Shown one piece after another: positions 47,293-55,335 of a DNA stretch of 64,000 nt. The position numbers and the translations under genes are program-made. The stretch's first letter is position 1; each line of letters begins with the position of its first letter. Origin of the DNA: Patescibacteria group bacterium (GTDB lineage: Bacteria > Patescibacteriota > Patescibacteriia > Patescibacteriales > UBA12465); contig JBAZZR010000001.1 in assembly GCA_041658665.1 (NCBI GenBank), positions 128,576 to 192,575 of the forward strand. The letters run 5' to 3'. The notes beneath the pieces are model-generated. The model was given only the letters and a program-made list of their open reading frames with translations, did no database searches and was not told the origin of the DNA.

Positions 47293-48759
47293 CTATAAAA
47301 AATAGATTCTTGGTGGGTTTGGATAATGATCCAACAAACTATTAGCTAAATTAACAAAAGCGTCAGCTAAGTCATCATGCTTTTCAACGCCAAAGTGGAC
47401 TATTTGTTGAATTAATTCTTCTGCACCCTTTCTTGGGAAAAGTATTTGTCCACCTTTAATCATATTAGCGGTTAATACTAATCGACTACGTTTATCTTGG
47501 CTTCCTGGACGAGTTGTCATTACATTTTGGATGCCCTCAACTTTTAGTTGTTGCGGTAAAGCTTTTTGATAGGCGACATCTTCAACAACTAATCTAACAA
47601 GGTCATAGTCTTTTTTGTAGCTTTCATACATTACTTTACAAGTATCAGTTGTTTCTGGAAAATTAAGCCGTCTATTAATTATCTTTGGTAAGATATAAAT
47701 TCTATATCCTGTTTTGGTTTCAAATAGTAATCCTGGGACCATAGCAGTATAATCGGCCACGTCACTTTGTGAAATAGCAGGGTCGATGCCGATTCTAACT
47801 TCTAAATGAGATTTATAGCCTCCGTACATACCCATTCTTTCTGGAATTTCATCGTAGTAATTTATCCATTCAGGATAAATAGCTTGGTCTTCTGATGGTA
47901 CGATGTTAAGCAGATATTCTTGTTGCCAGGTAATTTCATTGCCGACCTTTTTCCTTTCAATTTCTACATCTTTTTCAGTTGGATATTTGCCAGGCCAAAG
48001 ACAGACACCTTTCTTGTTTATTAAAGGATAATATAAAAAGTGGCCATCAATAACGTCTTTTTCTCGTTCTTCTTTTAGTCTCATAAGCAGCGAATCTTCA
48101 TGCAAAAGATTGCCGACTATAACTAGCCTTGTATCTTTATCGCCAGCAGGGATTACTTCGCCTTTAAGCCATTGATAGGTTTTATTGCGACCATCTCTAG
48201 TTTTAGTTGAGCTAATATCTTCCACATCGTCGCAAATAATTAAGTCAGGTCGGTTTTCGTAATGCCTAATACCTCGAATGCTTTGATCAACTGAAGCAAC
48301 GGTAATTCTAGCATCGGTATTTGAGAAAACGATTGATTGTGCGCCCCATTCATCGCTATTTTCTCGAAATGGGCCCAAGTCTTTTTTAAGCAGGTCATTA
48401 TCTTCTAGTTCTCGGCGCAAGTTCATCATGTGCTGTTTGGCTTGGGCTTGAGTTTGGCAGAAGATAACAACAAACTTCTTTTGCTGTTTACCAAGGATTG
48501 CCCAAATCGGATAAGCGGCGGTGATAATTGTTGATTTACCTGATCCTCTAAAAGCCACTACAAACAAATTTTCTTTGTGACTGGATTCAATTAAAGAAAT
48601 TATGTTTTTCTGAAAATCCGCAGTTTCATACTTAACATAATGGGCGTAATAGAAGTGAAAGAAATAGGAGAAACTTTCTCTAGTTATCGCTGTTCTTATC
48701 TTCTTGTCTTGGGTCATCTGTTCCACCATCTCCTGGGGAATCATTTTGTTTACCATCAT
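47293..48759 (-). CDS. Phage terminase large subunit
   Basis: 488 aa. Walker A-like AFRGSGKST, Walker B LIICDDVED, and acidic residues of the C-terminal nuclease region (VVEDVAYQ, HDDLADAF). The true start is probably an internal Met, because the ORF overlaps the upstream gene by 80 nt. Confidence 0.85.
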   Translation of the reverse strand: MMVNKMIPQEMVEQMTQDKKIRTAITRESFSYFFHFYYAHYVKYETADFQKNIISLIESSHKENLFVVAFRGSGKSTIITAAYPIWAILGKQQKKFVVIFCQTQAQAKQHMMNLRRELEDNDLLKKDLGPFRENSDEWGAQSIVFSNTDARITVASVDQSIRGIRHYENRPDLIICDDVEDISSTKTRDGRNKTYQWLKGEVIPAGDKDTRLVIVGNLLHEDSLLMRLKEEREKDVIDGHFLYYPLINKKGVCLWPGKYPTEKDVEIERKKVGNEITWQQEYLLNIVPSEDQAIYPEWINYYDEIPERMGMYGGYKSHLEVRIGIDPAISQSDVADYTAMVPGLLFETKTGYRIYILPKIINRRLNFPETTDTCKVMYESYKKDYDLVRLVVEDVAYQKALPQQLKVEGIQNVMTTRPGSQDKRSRLVLTANMIKGGQILFPRKGAEELIQQIVHFGVEKHDDLADAFVNLANSLLDHYPNPPRIYFL

Positions 48760-49180
48760 ATGTATTTTTATTATTAATTATTAATTGCTCATCGGCTGGC
48801 AATAGTTTAGCCAGTTTCAAAGCGTGTTTTACTACTTCTGCTTGCGCAGGAGTTAGTTCGTCGGTATCTTCTGTTTTTGAAGTTACCTCAATCTTATCTT
48901 TAAACCTTGGATTGCGATGTCTAAGCCAAAAGCTAATCGCTGACCAGTTTTTCTCTTTGATCATCGTTAAGAGCTGGCTTTCACTCATATCGTTTACCAA
49001 AGCTTCGCCTTCGGCTAAGGCTTCATCCATTGCTTTCGAGAATTCTTTGTCCTCTCGTTTCCAGCGATAAATGCTGTTACGAGATACGCCTGATTTTTCG
49101 CAAGCAACTAGAACGATTGGTACTTTTTTGAGTTCGTTAAAGAACGCTTCTTGAAGTCTGCTTTTCTTAGACATGCTCAA
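48680..49180 (-). CDS. HTH DNA-binding protein in the terminase small subunit position
   Basis: 166 aa. GVSRNSIYRWKREDKEFSKAMDEA is an HTH-type motif, and the gene lies immediately upstream of TerL on the same strand. Confidence 0.55.
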   Translation of the reverse strand: MSMSKKSRLQEAFFNELKKVPIVLVACEKSGVSRNSIYRWKREDKEFSKAMDEALAEGEALVNDMSESQLLTMIKEKNWSAISFWLRHRNPRFKDKIEVTSKTEDTDELTPAQAEVVKHALKLAKLLPADEQLIINNKNTYDGKQNDSPGDGGTDDPRQEDKNSDN

Positions 49181-50441
49181 CCACCTCCTTTCTGCCTGTT
49201 AATTTTCGATATCTCGCTATCGCCAAATCACAGAAAACTGGCTCAAGCTCCATTGCATAAACTTTTCTCTTTAATTGTTCACCCGCTATAATCGTGCTGG
49301 CTGATCCAGAGAAAGAATCAAGGATAATGTCGCCTGGCTTGGTACAGCGCCTTATAGCCTTTTCGTAGAGCTTTGGGGGCTTGCTGGTGGCGTGTTCGTA
49401 GTCTTTGCCTGAAATACGCCTGGTAGGCCAAATATCTAAAGAATCATAGACATCTTCAAACATTTCATTACCCGTACCCAGCTCTTTATTTAAAACCTCG
49501 TTATAATTTTTAATGTCAGGATTGATGTATGGTTTGCCTTTAACACCATAGACAGCAGGTTCATAGCATTTATTAAATGCGACCTTTGGTGTTGGATTCT
49601 GTGAATTTTTAAGCCACAGACAAACCCGTTTATTAATTATTCCTAGTTCTCGATATAGTTCTTGAAATAAGCCAATGTATGTTTGGTCGCACCAGTAGAA
49701 GATATGAGTATCAGGTTTAGTGTTTGGTAGAGCGGCTAATAGGGAGTTCTTGATGAACTGCTTATATTCCTCATAACTCCTGTTGTCATTTACAGCGCCA
49801 CCATAATCGTTTTTACCACCAATACCCTTGGAATAGTCCAGCTTAATGTTATAGACAGGGTCACTAAATATCATTGAAGCCTTATCGTCGCCAAATAACC
49901 GTTTGAGATTATCGGGGTTAGTAGAATCACCACAAAGTAGGCGATGTCCGCTTAAATGTATTAGGTCGCCTGGTTTAGTTTTTGGTGTCTTTATCTTTTT
50001 TAACTCCGCCTCAACATCAAAGTCTTCGTCTTTAACTTCTAATTCCTTATCCCAGAAATGAGATAAATCGACCTGGTCAAAACCAATGTCAACCAATAGA
50101 TCTAAATCAAAAGATTTTAGCTTTTCAAAATCCCAGTCACCACCTAAAGCATTACTGGCAATTAAATATCTTTTTGCTTCATCTTCGGTTAGTTGACGAT
50201 TAGGAATTCTCACGTCAATTAGTTCTTCGCCTCTACCAAGGATTTGAAGGGCCTTAACCCGCTGGTGGCCGGCCAAAATTTTGCCATTTAAGTCGATGGC
50301 TGGAATTTCGACTAAATTAAATTTAGCCAAGCTCTTTTTAAGGTCCGACATTTGCTTGTCGTTGATTACTCTAGGGTTAACTTCTTGGGGAACCAGGTCG
50401 TTAACTTTTTTTTGCACTGTGTGCCATTCTAATTTCTTCAT
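49167..50441 (-). CDS. ParB-like nuclease domain fused to a DNA methyltransferase (phage-type orphan methylase)
   Basis: N-terminal ParB-like LAGHQRVKAL. Methyltransferase motif IV-like FSDPVYN and motif I ILDSFSGSASTIIAGE. The start is taken at the internal ATG 50441 (MKKLEWH) rather than the track start at 50519. Confidence 0.8.
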   Translation of the reverse strand: MKKLEWHTVQKKVNDLVPQEVNPRVINDKQMSDLKKSLAKFNLVEIPAIDLNGKILAGHQRVKALQILGRGEELIDVRIPNRQLTEDEAKRYLIASNALGGDWDFEKLKSFDLDLLVDIGFDQVDLSHFWDKELEVKDEDFDVEAELKKIKTPKTKPGDLIHLSGHRLLCGDSTNPDNLKRLFGDDKASMIFSDPVYNIKLDYSKGIGGKNDYGGAVNDNRSYEEYKQFIKNSLLAALPNTKPDTHIFYWCDQTYIGLFQELYRELGIINKRVCLWLKNSQNPTPKVAFNKCYEPAVYGVKGKPYINPDIKNYNEVLNKELGTGNEMFEDVYDSLDIWPTRRISGKDYEHATSKPPKLYEKAIRRCTKPGDIILDSFSGSASTIIAGEQLKRKVYAMELEPVFCDLAIARYRKLTGRKEVVEHV

Positions 50442-50605
50442 AGAATTTTTAGTTAAATTAATTAAATTATTTTTTACAAACAAAAAAGCCCATCCCACAC
50501 ATGAAACAGGCCCAGACATGAAGTCTAAGACTATTTCTTGCGCGGAATAGGCATGGCTTTTGGCGCTACTCTATTCTCTTTGCGACGCTGTTATTAGGTT
50601 TTTAA

Positions 50606-51004
50606 TTATCTTTTTTCTTTTTCAATTCGTCTATGTATTCTTCGTCCCTGTTTACTGTCCATAAATTGCGTGGCGTCCTTTCCAAGAAAAACGGGCATGT
50701 TATGAGGCACAGATATAATCACTCTTTTACCCTCTTTTTGATACTTTTCAACCATTTCTAACAGATGCGGATCATTAGTTATGTTCATCATTAGATTGAA
50801 TTCGCCATTCTTTAAATTAGTCTCTTGCTCGGGTATAGGGAATATAGCTCTTCCTGGCTCCATGGCTTCTATTTTTTTACTCATGCTTTTACCCGCAAAT
50901 TCTGGTACTCGGATGTTTGTATGTAATTGAATATCTGTGAGCTGGATGATTACATCCCCATTTTTAGGTGGTGTTTGTGCCGTTTTTATATCTAATATCT
51001 TCAT
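50606..51004 (-). CDS. Hypothetical protein, first gene of the leftward island operon
   Basis: 132-aa ORF divergent from the repressor gene. Its start lies 2-3 nt downstream of the predicted TSS of a consensus promoter. Confidence 0.6.
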   Translation of the reverse strand: MKILDIKTAQTPPKNGDVIIQLTDIQLHTNIRVPEFAGKSMSKKIEAMEPGRAIFPIPEQETNLKNGEFNLMMNITNDPHLLEMVEKYQKEGKRVIISVPHNMPVFLGKDATQFMDSKQGRRIHRRIEKEKR

Positions 51005-51013
51005 ACAAAATCA

Positions 51014-51042
51014 ATTATATATTAAGTAGTGTAAAATGTCAA
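51014..51042 (-). promoter_or_regulatory. Consensus sigma70 promoter for the leftward operon
   Basis: The minus strand reads TTGACA (51042-51037), 17 nt, TATAAT (51019-51014). The ATG is at 51004, so the transcript is nearly leaderless. Confidence 0.6.
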
Positions 51043-51053
51043 ATAGTTTGACA
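51037..51053. promoter_or_regulatory. Palindromic operator candidate
   Basis: TGTCAAA-tag-TTTGACA is a perfect 7-3-7 inverted repeat. Its left half is the -35 of the leftward promoter. Its right half is a TTGACA on the plus strand. Confidence 0.5.
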
Positions 51054-51060
51054 AAAAGAC

Positions 51061-51089
51061 TTGAAAAATAATTAATAGTGTGCTATAAT
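51061..51089 (+). promoter_or_regulatory. Sigma70 promoter for the repressor gene
   Basis: TTGAAA (51061-51066), 17 nt, TGcTATAAT (extended -10, TATAAT at 51084-51089). The ATG is at 51098, so the transcript is nearly leaderless. Confidence 0.6.
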
Positions 51090-51097
51090 TAAGACAT

Positions 51098-51736
51098 ATG
51101 AATATAATACAAACCCAATTATTAAATCTTATCGCTTCTACTCCAGAAATGGGGTCGTTCAGCCTTAGAAAGATAGCTGAATTATTAGGGGCAAAAGGAA
51201 AGCCTCAAATCGCTAAATATCATCTTCAGCAATTAGAAAAACGAGGCTTAATCCAAATGAATTTAGACGAAGGTGTGCTGAAACTAGTCCAGAAAGGATA
51301 TAATCATACCACTAAAAGTCCGTTATTTGCCATCCCAGTTGTTGGAGCAGCCAATTGTGGTCCAGCCGTCACATATGCTGATCAAAAAGTGGACAGCTAC
51401 CTAAAAATATCTTCCAGTCTTCTGCCGAGAAATAAAAATCGTTTGTTTGCCATAAAAGCCGATGGTGATTCCATGAACCGAGCAAAGATTAATGAAAAAA
51501 ATATTGAAACTGGTGATTATGTTTTAGTTGATAGAGAGGCTAGTAAGTACAGTGATGGTGATGTCGTTCTAGCTATTATCGACGGGCTGGCAACAATAAA
51601 AGAGTTTTATCCTGATAAAGCTCATAACAGAATTATATTAAAAGCTAATTCTGACCATGAGTATATGCCAATTTATATTGGTGAGGATGATCAATTTATT
51701 ATTAATGGAAAGGTCGTTGATGTAATTAAAAATTAA
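51098..51736 (+). CDS. LexA/CI-like repressor (winged-helix N-domain plus S24 peptidase domain)
   Basis: 212 aa. N-terminal KIAELLGAKGKPQIAKYHLQQLEKRGLI. C-terminal ADGDSMNRA (Ser nucleophile) and a later conserved Lys region (RIILKAN). Confidence 0.85.
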   Translation: MNIIQTQLLNLIASTPEMGSFSLRKIAELLGAKGKPQIAKYHLQQLEKRGLIQMNLDEGVLKLVQKGYNHTTKSPLFAIPVVGAANCGPAVTYADQKVDSYLKISSSLLPRNKNRLFAIKADGDSMNRAKINEKNIETGDYVLVDREASKYSDGDVVLAIIDGLATIKEFYPDKAHNRIILKANSDHEYMPIYIGEDDQFIINGKVVDVIKN

Positions 51737-51746
51737 CTATAAAAAT

Positions 51747-51962
51747 ATGAGTAACCTAAATTATTTAAGAAATGCGGGTAAGCAATGGACATCAGAAGAA
51801 GTCAAGCAACTAAAACAGCTTGCAAAAGACAATACTCCGACTAGAGTTATTGGCTTTAAGCTTGGCCGTCCAGTTGGTGGTGTGCAAAGCAAAGCCTCTG
51901 AATTAGGCGTTGGATTAAAACCAGTTAATCAATCGCCATATAATCGTACAAAAAAGAAATAA
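51747..51962 (+). CDS. Small basic hypothetical protein
   Basis: 71-aa ORF, 10 nt after the repressor gene. It is followed by a perfect 10-bp hairpin (51981-52003). Confidence 0.5.
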   Translation: MSNLNYLRNAGKQWTSEEVKQLKQLAKDNTPTRVIGFKLGRPVGGVQSKASELGVGLKPVNQSPYNRTKKK

Positions 51963-52137
51963 TTATTTGAAAATCTAAATAAGCCACCAAATTTTGGTGG
52001 CTTACTCAGGTGTTCATTGAATTAGAATTCCTTTCCCTTGGTTCTAGGTCGGTATTCAATAAAATCAGCACAGTATACTTAGTAATTGTATTGTACATGA
52101 TTTGCACCGATTATTCAAATTCTAGCATTAGACCAAT

Positions 52138-52281
52138 ATGTCCAATTCGAAGTCATTTTTACTGGGCAGGGATTCTAAAACTGGTGAGTTTATTCCTGTT
52201 GACGAAGCTCGTCGCAGACCGAATACAACTACCGTTGAAAGAGTTCCTAAGCCTGGACGCGGCGACACTGATCGAAAGTAA
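52138..52281 (+). CDS. Small ORF (47 aa) absent from the supplied track, paralogous to the C-terminal part of 52322-52744
   Basis: ATG 52138 to TAA 52279-52281 translates MSNSKSFLLGRDSKTGEFIPVDEARRRPNTTTVERVPKPGRGDTDRK. The neighbour has LLGRDSRTGEFIPVSETRRRPNTTSVERIPKPG. Differences look mostly synonymous or conservative, which supports this reading frame. Confidence 0.6.
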   Translation: MSNSKSFLLGRDSKTGEFIPVDEARRRPNTTTVERVPKPGRGDTDRK

Positions 52282-52321
52282 TAGGATTAAATCCTAAAAT
52301 AATGTTTCTGAGAATTGCTCA

Positions 52322-52744
52322 ATGGAAAGGATGAGCAGTTCTCAAAACAAATTTAAATTATATATGAAAAAGAAAAACGATATATTCTTTATCGCTTCAA
52401 AATCTGGTCGAGATAGTAATACCAGAGCTTCTTTTTATGATGAAAAAGGACACAATATTGAACATGGTGATGTAAAAATATCGTACAAATCATCAGTTAG
52501 TGGACGCTTTGTTACTAGACCTTATACAACTTTATTGGGCAGAGATTCTAGGACTGGTGAATTTATTCCAGTTAGCGAAACTCGTCGTAGACCAAACACA
52601 ACTTCTGTCGAGAGAATTCCAAAGCCTGGTTATGGTGGAAGTTCTAGAACTATTATTAAAAAAACATCAAAGAGTAAGGCGGAAAAATCAAGCCCCGTTT
52701 TTAAGGATATGAAAAAGGGTTCGTCAATTAGCTTTAAAAAATAG
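52322..52744 (+). CDS. Hypothetical basic protein carrying the GRDS-TGEFIPV...RRRPNTT-VERIPKPG motif
   Basis: 140-aa ORF. The motif is shared with the small ORF upstream. Confidence 0.65.
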   Translation: MERMSSSQNKFKLYMKKKNDIFFIASKSGRDSNTRASFYDEKGHNIEHGDVKISYKSSVSGRFVTRPYTTLLGRDSRTGEFIPVSETRRRPNTTSVERIPKPGYGGSSRTIIKKTSKSKAEKSSPVFKDMKKGSSISFKK

Positions 52745-53242
52745 ATGGAGGCCAAAGAATACAGTCTAATAATGAAGGGCATTATCCCGGCAACCCAGGA
52801 AGCTTTTAAGGGTGGGGATAAAATTGATCCAGAAGTTAGAAAAGGTGAAAAAGAGTGTGTGAAAATTTTTAAAAAAGCAGTTTCAGATTATGTCGCCAGA
52901 GACAAGCCGTCTGACTTATTTCCATCAAACGGCAAATTGTATGTGGCTATTGTTCAATTTTTTATTTCAGATAAAAAAGATTATCAACATCGTGATGTAG
53001 ATAATATGGCAAAGACTGTATTAGACGCTTTAAACCAAGGAGGATTGTATGGAGATGATAGCCAAGTTAGAACACTATTAGTTAGTAAAATAATTGATTT
53101 GAAAAAAGTTCCTCAGAATTTAGGATTTATTTATATAAAAATTTTAGACGACGGAGAAGATGAAATTTTTACCGAAAATATTATTGATCAAGCCGTCGTG
53201 ATGTATAATGATATGAGAGATAAGAATGTTGAAGTTTCATAA
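52745..53242 (+). CDS. rusA: RusA-family Holliday junction resolvase
   Basis: 165 aa. HRDVDNMAKTVLDALNQGGLYGDDSQV matches the RusA core (RRDLDNLQKAAFDAL...DDAQV in E. coli RusA). Confidence 0.8.
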   Translation: MEAKEYSLIMKGIIPATQEAFKGGDKIDPEVRKGEKECVKIFKKAVSDYVARDKPSDLFPSNGKLYVAIVQFFISDKKDYQHRDVDNMAKTVLDALNQGGLYGDDSQVRTLLVSKIIDLKKVPQNLGFIYIKILDDGEDEIFTENIIDQAVVMYNDMRDKNVEVS

Positions 53243-53984
53243 ATATATGATTTATCACGATAAAATTAATAAGAATAATGCTGTAGAATGGGAGCTTGTT
53301 GCTTTTCTTTTATATTTTATATTCTTAGTAATAACAATTTTTACTATTAAGAATTTATTAGCAGTTTTATATATACATATTGCTTTAATGATATTATTCA
53401 GTATTTATTATTTTGGTAGAGAATTATTTTATATTTTGATTGCCCCACTATTTGTAATATTGTATCCATTAAATTCTTTTCAAACTAAGAGATTTCTAAA
53501 AAAAGTTCAATTAAATAAATCTTGCCATACGGTTGTTGTGTTAGCTCATTCAAATTGGCGCAAACTTGAGGCTTGGATAAAACCGAATTTTAATGTTAGT
53601 GAGATAAAATTATTATATAAATATTTAAAAAAGAGAGGTGATGATTTTTCTTTTTACCCAAAAGCAACACTGGATGACGTGAATGATTTAATGGCTGATC
53701 CTAACATAAAAGAGATTTATTTCTATGGTCATGGGTCATCACATGTTTTTCAGCTAGGCACAGGAGAATATCTTTATTACTGTGAATTTAGTAATGGTAA
53801 ATACGAAAAAGATTTTGTTCATCAAATGCATTGTGGCACAGAAGATGGTAAAAGCTTAGTTGATTATGTTGTGCCAGATAAAAATAAAAAGGAATGTTTT
53901 TGGGTTAAAAAATCTATTACGGGTCCATATATAGAAAAGATTCTAAAGAAAAAAATAAAAGAAATTGGCAAGGACAAAGTATAA
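53226..53984 (+). CDS. Hypothetical membrane protein with a soluble C-terminal domain
   Basis: 252 aa. Three N-terminal hydrophobic segments. The C-terminal domain contains IYFYGHGSSH and later Cys residues (YYCEF, QMHCGTEDG). Confidence 0.55.
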   Translation: MLKFHKYMIYHDKINKNNAVEWELVAFLLYFIFLVITIFTIKNLLAVLYIHIALMILFSIYYFGRELFYILIAPLFVILYPLNSFQTKRFLKKVQLNKSCHTVVVLAHSNWRKLEAWIKPNFNVSEIKLLYKYLKKRGDDFSFYPKATLDDVNDLMADPNIKEIYFYGHGSSHVFQLGTGEYLYYCEFSNGKYEKDFVHQMHCGTEDGKSLVDYVVPDKNKKECFWVKKSITGPYIEKILKKKIKEIGKDKV

Positions 53985-54029
53985 AATTAACGAAATTTGG
54001 AAACAATTTTCTATTATTAAAATAAATAT

Positions 54030-55004
54030 ATGTTCAAAAAAAATTTAAATAAAATACCTAAGGATATTATTGAAAAAATTAGTCGCATAGAAGGCAATAA
54101 TATAATAGTTGGCTGTGCAAAGAAATTTAAAGCAGATTATTTATCATCTGGTGGCCTTAATCATTTAGGAATATTTTTAAATGATAGCGGTCTTACATTC
54201 CCTGCGAGTATTATTCCTTCTGCGGAACAGGGAAAATACTCTGGCAGAAACATTTACGGTTATGAAGAAATTCGCAAGGATCTTCCCAAAGAGACTCATT
54301 ATAATAGCGTAGAATCTCCTAACTATGGTGATTCATACAATGGTACTCACACAGTGAATCTTCCTTATGAAAAATACCCAAGAGATTTTCACTCACCAAA
54401 AGAATTAGAAATTTTGATAAATTGTGAAAACGGTCGACCAGGCTTACAAGAATATGTTATTACTTTTCAGGTTCAAGAAATTATCAATAAAGATGATGAA
54501 AAATTTAATTCTAGCTTACTTGAAAATCTGAATATTTTACAAGAAAATATTGGATTTTGTGATATTGAGTCAGCAGATACGCCAATGGAAGAATATGCAA
54601 AATCATTACATGTTTCTTGGGAAATATTACCACCAGGCACGGCCGACGAAGCAATTGAAAGAATATTCCGTGGTAAAACACCAACACAGCAACAAAAAGA
54701 TACAACAAAAGAGAGGTATGATTTTTTTCAATTGCTTAAACCAAAAAGTTTTGTTTTTGGTCAGAGTGGTTTTAGGAGATACTTTGGAGCACTTTTAGAG
54801 GATGATTTAGTTGTTTTTGAAAATATTGAATATGGTAACGCTGTGTATATTTTATATGATAACTGGGAAGAGCTTAGTAAACTCACTCGTTTAGATTTAA
54901 TGTCTGGTAGGTTTGGTGATTCATTCGAAAGAGTAATACATAATTCTGGCTGGAAGGGTAAGGTTAGGACAATTATTGCTCATAGACGAGAATTAGGATC
55001 TTAA
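54030..55004 (+). CDS. Hypothetical protein (last island gene)
   Basis: 324-aa ORF. No motif recognised. Confidence 0.6.
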   Translation: MFKKNLNKIPKDIIEKISRIEGNNIIVGCAKKFKADYLSSGGLNHLGIFLNDSGLTFPASIIPSAEQGKYSGRNIYGYEEIRKDLPKETHYNSVESPNYGDSYNGTHTVNLPYEKYPRDFHSPKELEILINCENGRPGLQEYVITFQVQEIINKDDEKFNSSLLENLNILQENIGFCDIESADTPMEEYAKSLHVSWEILPPGTADEAIERIFRGKTPTQQQKDTTKERYDFFQLLKPKSFVFGQSGFRRYFGALLEDDLVVFENIEYGNAVYILYDNWEELSKLTRLDLMSGRFGDSFERVIHNSGWKGKVRTIIAHRRELGS

Positions 55005-55181
55005 TCCAAAGATTACATTATCTTGTAACCTTTTTCTTTATTGTCGTGTCACTTTTGTCACTTTTAAGAAAAACCATAGCGCACGAGGATCTTATTTATT
55101 AAAGCCTCAAAAAATCACCGAAAAGCCTTGCTGGGCTTGCCGAAATAACGGTTCCAGCCCGAGGTAGCCCGCTAACAAAAA

Positions 55182-55203
55182 AGACCCAACCTGCGTTGGG
55201 TCT
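55182..55203. terminator. Bidirectional hairpin terminator inside the island right end
   Basis: Perfect 9-bp stem AGACCCAAC / GTTGGGTCT, loop ctgc, flanked by AAAAAA and TTTTTT. Confidence 0.7.
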
Positions 55204-55211
55204 TTTTTGTT

Positions 55212-55335
55212 AATGTTGAGGTTCGGAAGAGATTCGAAAGCCGGAGGCGATGCGCACTTGTGCGCCGCCGAGGCCGGGTCGGGGCGCTTGCTTTTCGCCG
55301 AGCGAAGCGAAAGTGAAAAGCTTAGCGACCGTGAC
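55212..55335. other. GC-rich, hairpin-rich non-coding segment at the island right end (possible structured RNA or recombination site region)
   Basis: Composition contrasts sharply with the A/T-rich surroundings. Hairpins: GGCG-at-GCGCA-cttg-TGCGC-CGCC (about 55246-55269) and GCTTTTC...GAAAAGC (55290-55296 / 55315-55321). Only low-complexity ORFs overlap it on both strands. Confidence 0.3.

Noticed and set aside
52010-52712. Track ORFs 52010-52297 and 52500-52712
   Set aside because: Both are the same alternative frame of a duplicated segment. The conserved frame is the one giving LLGRDS-TGEFIPV...PKPG (52138-52281 and 52322-52744).
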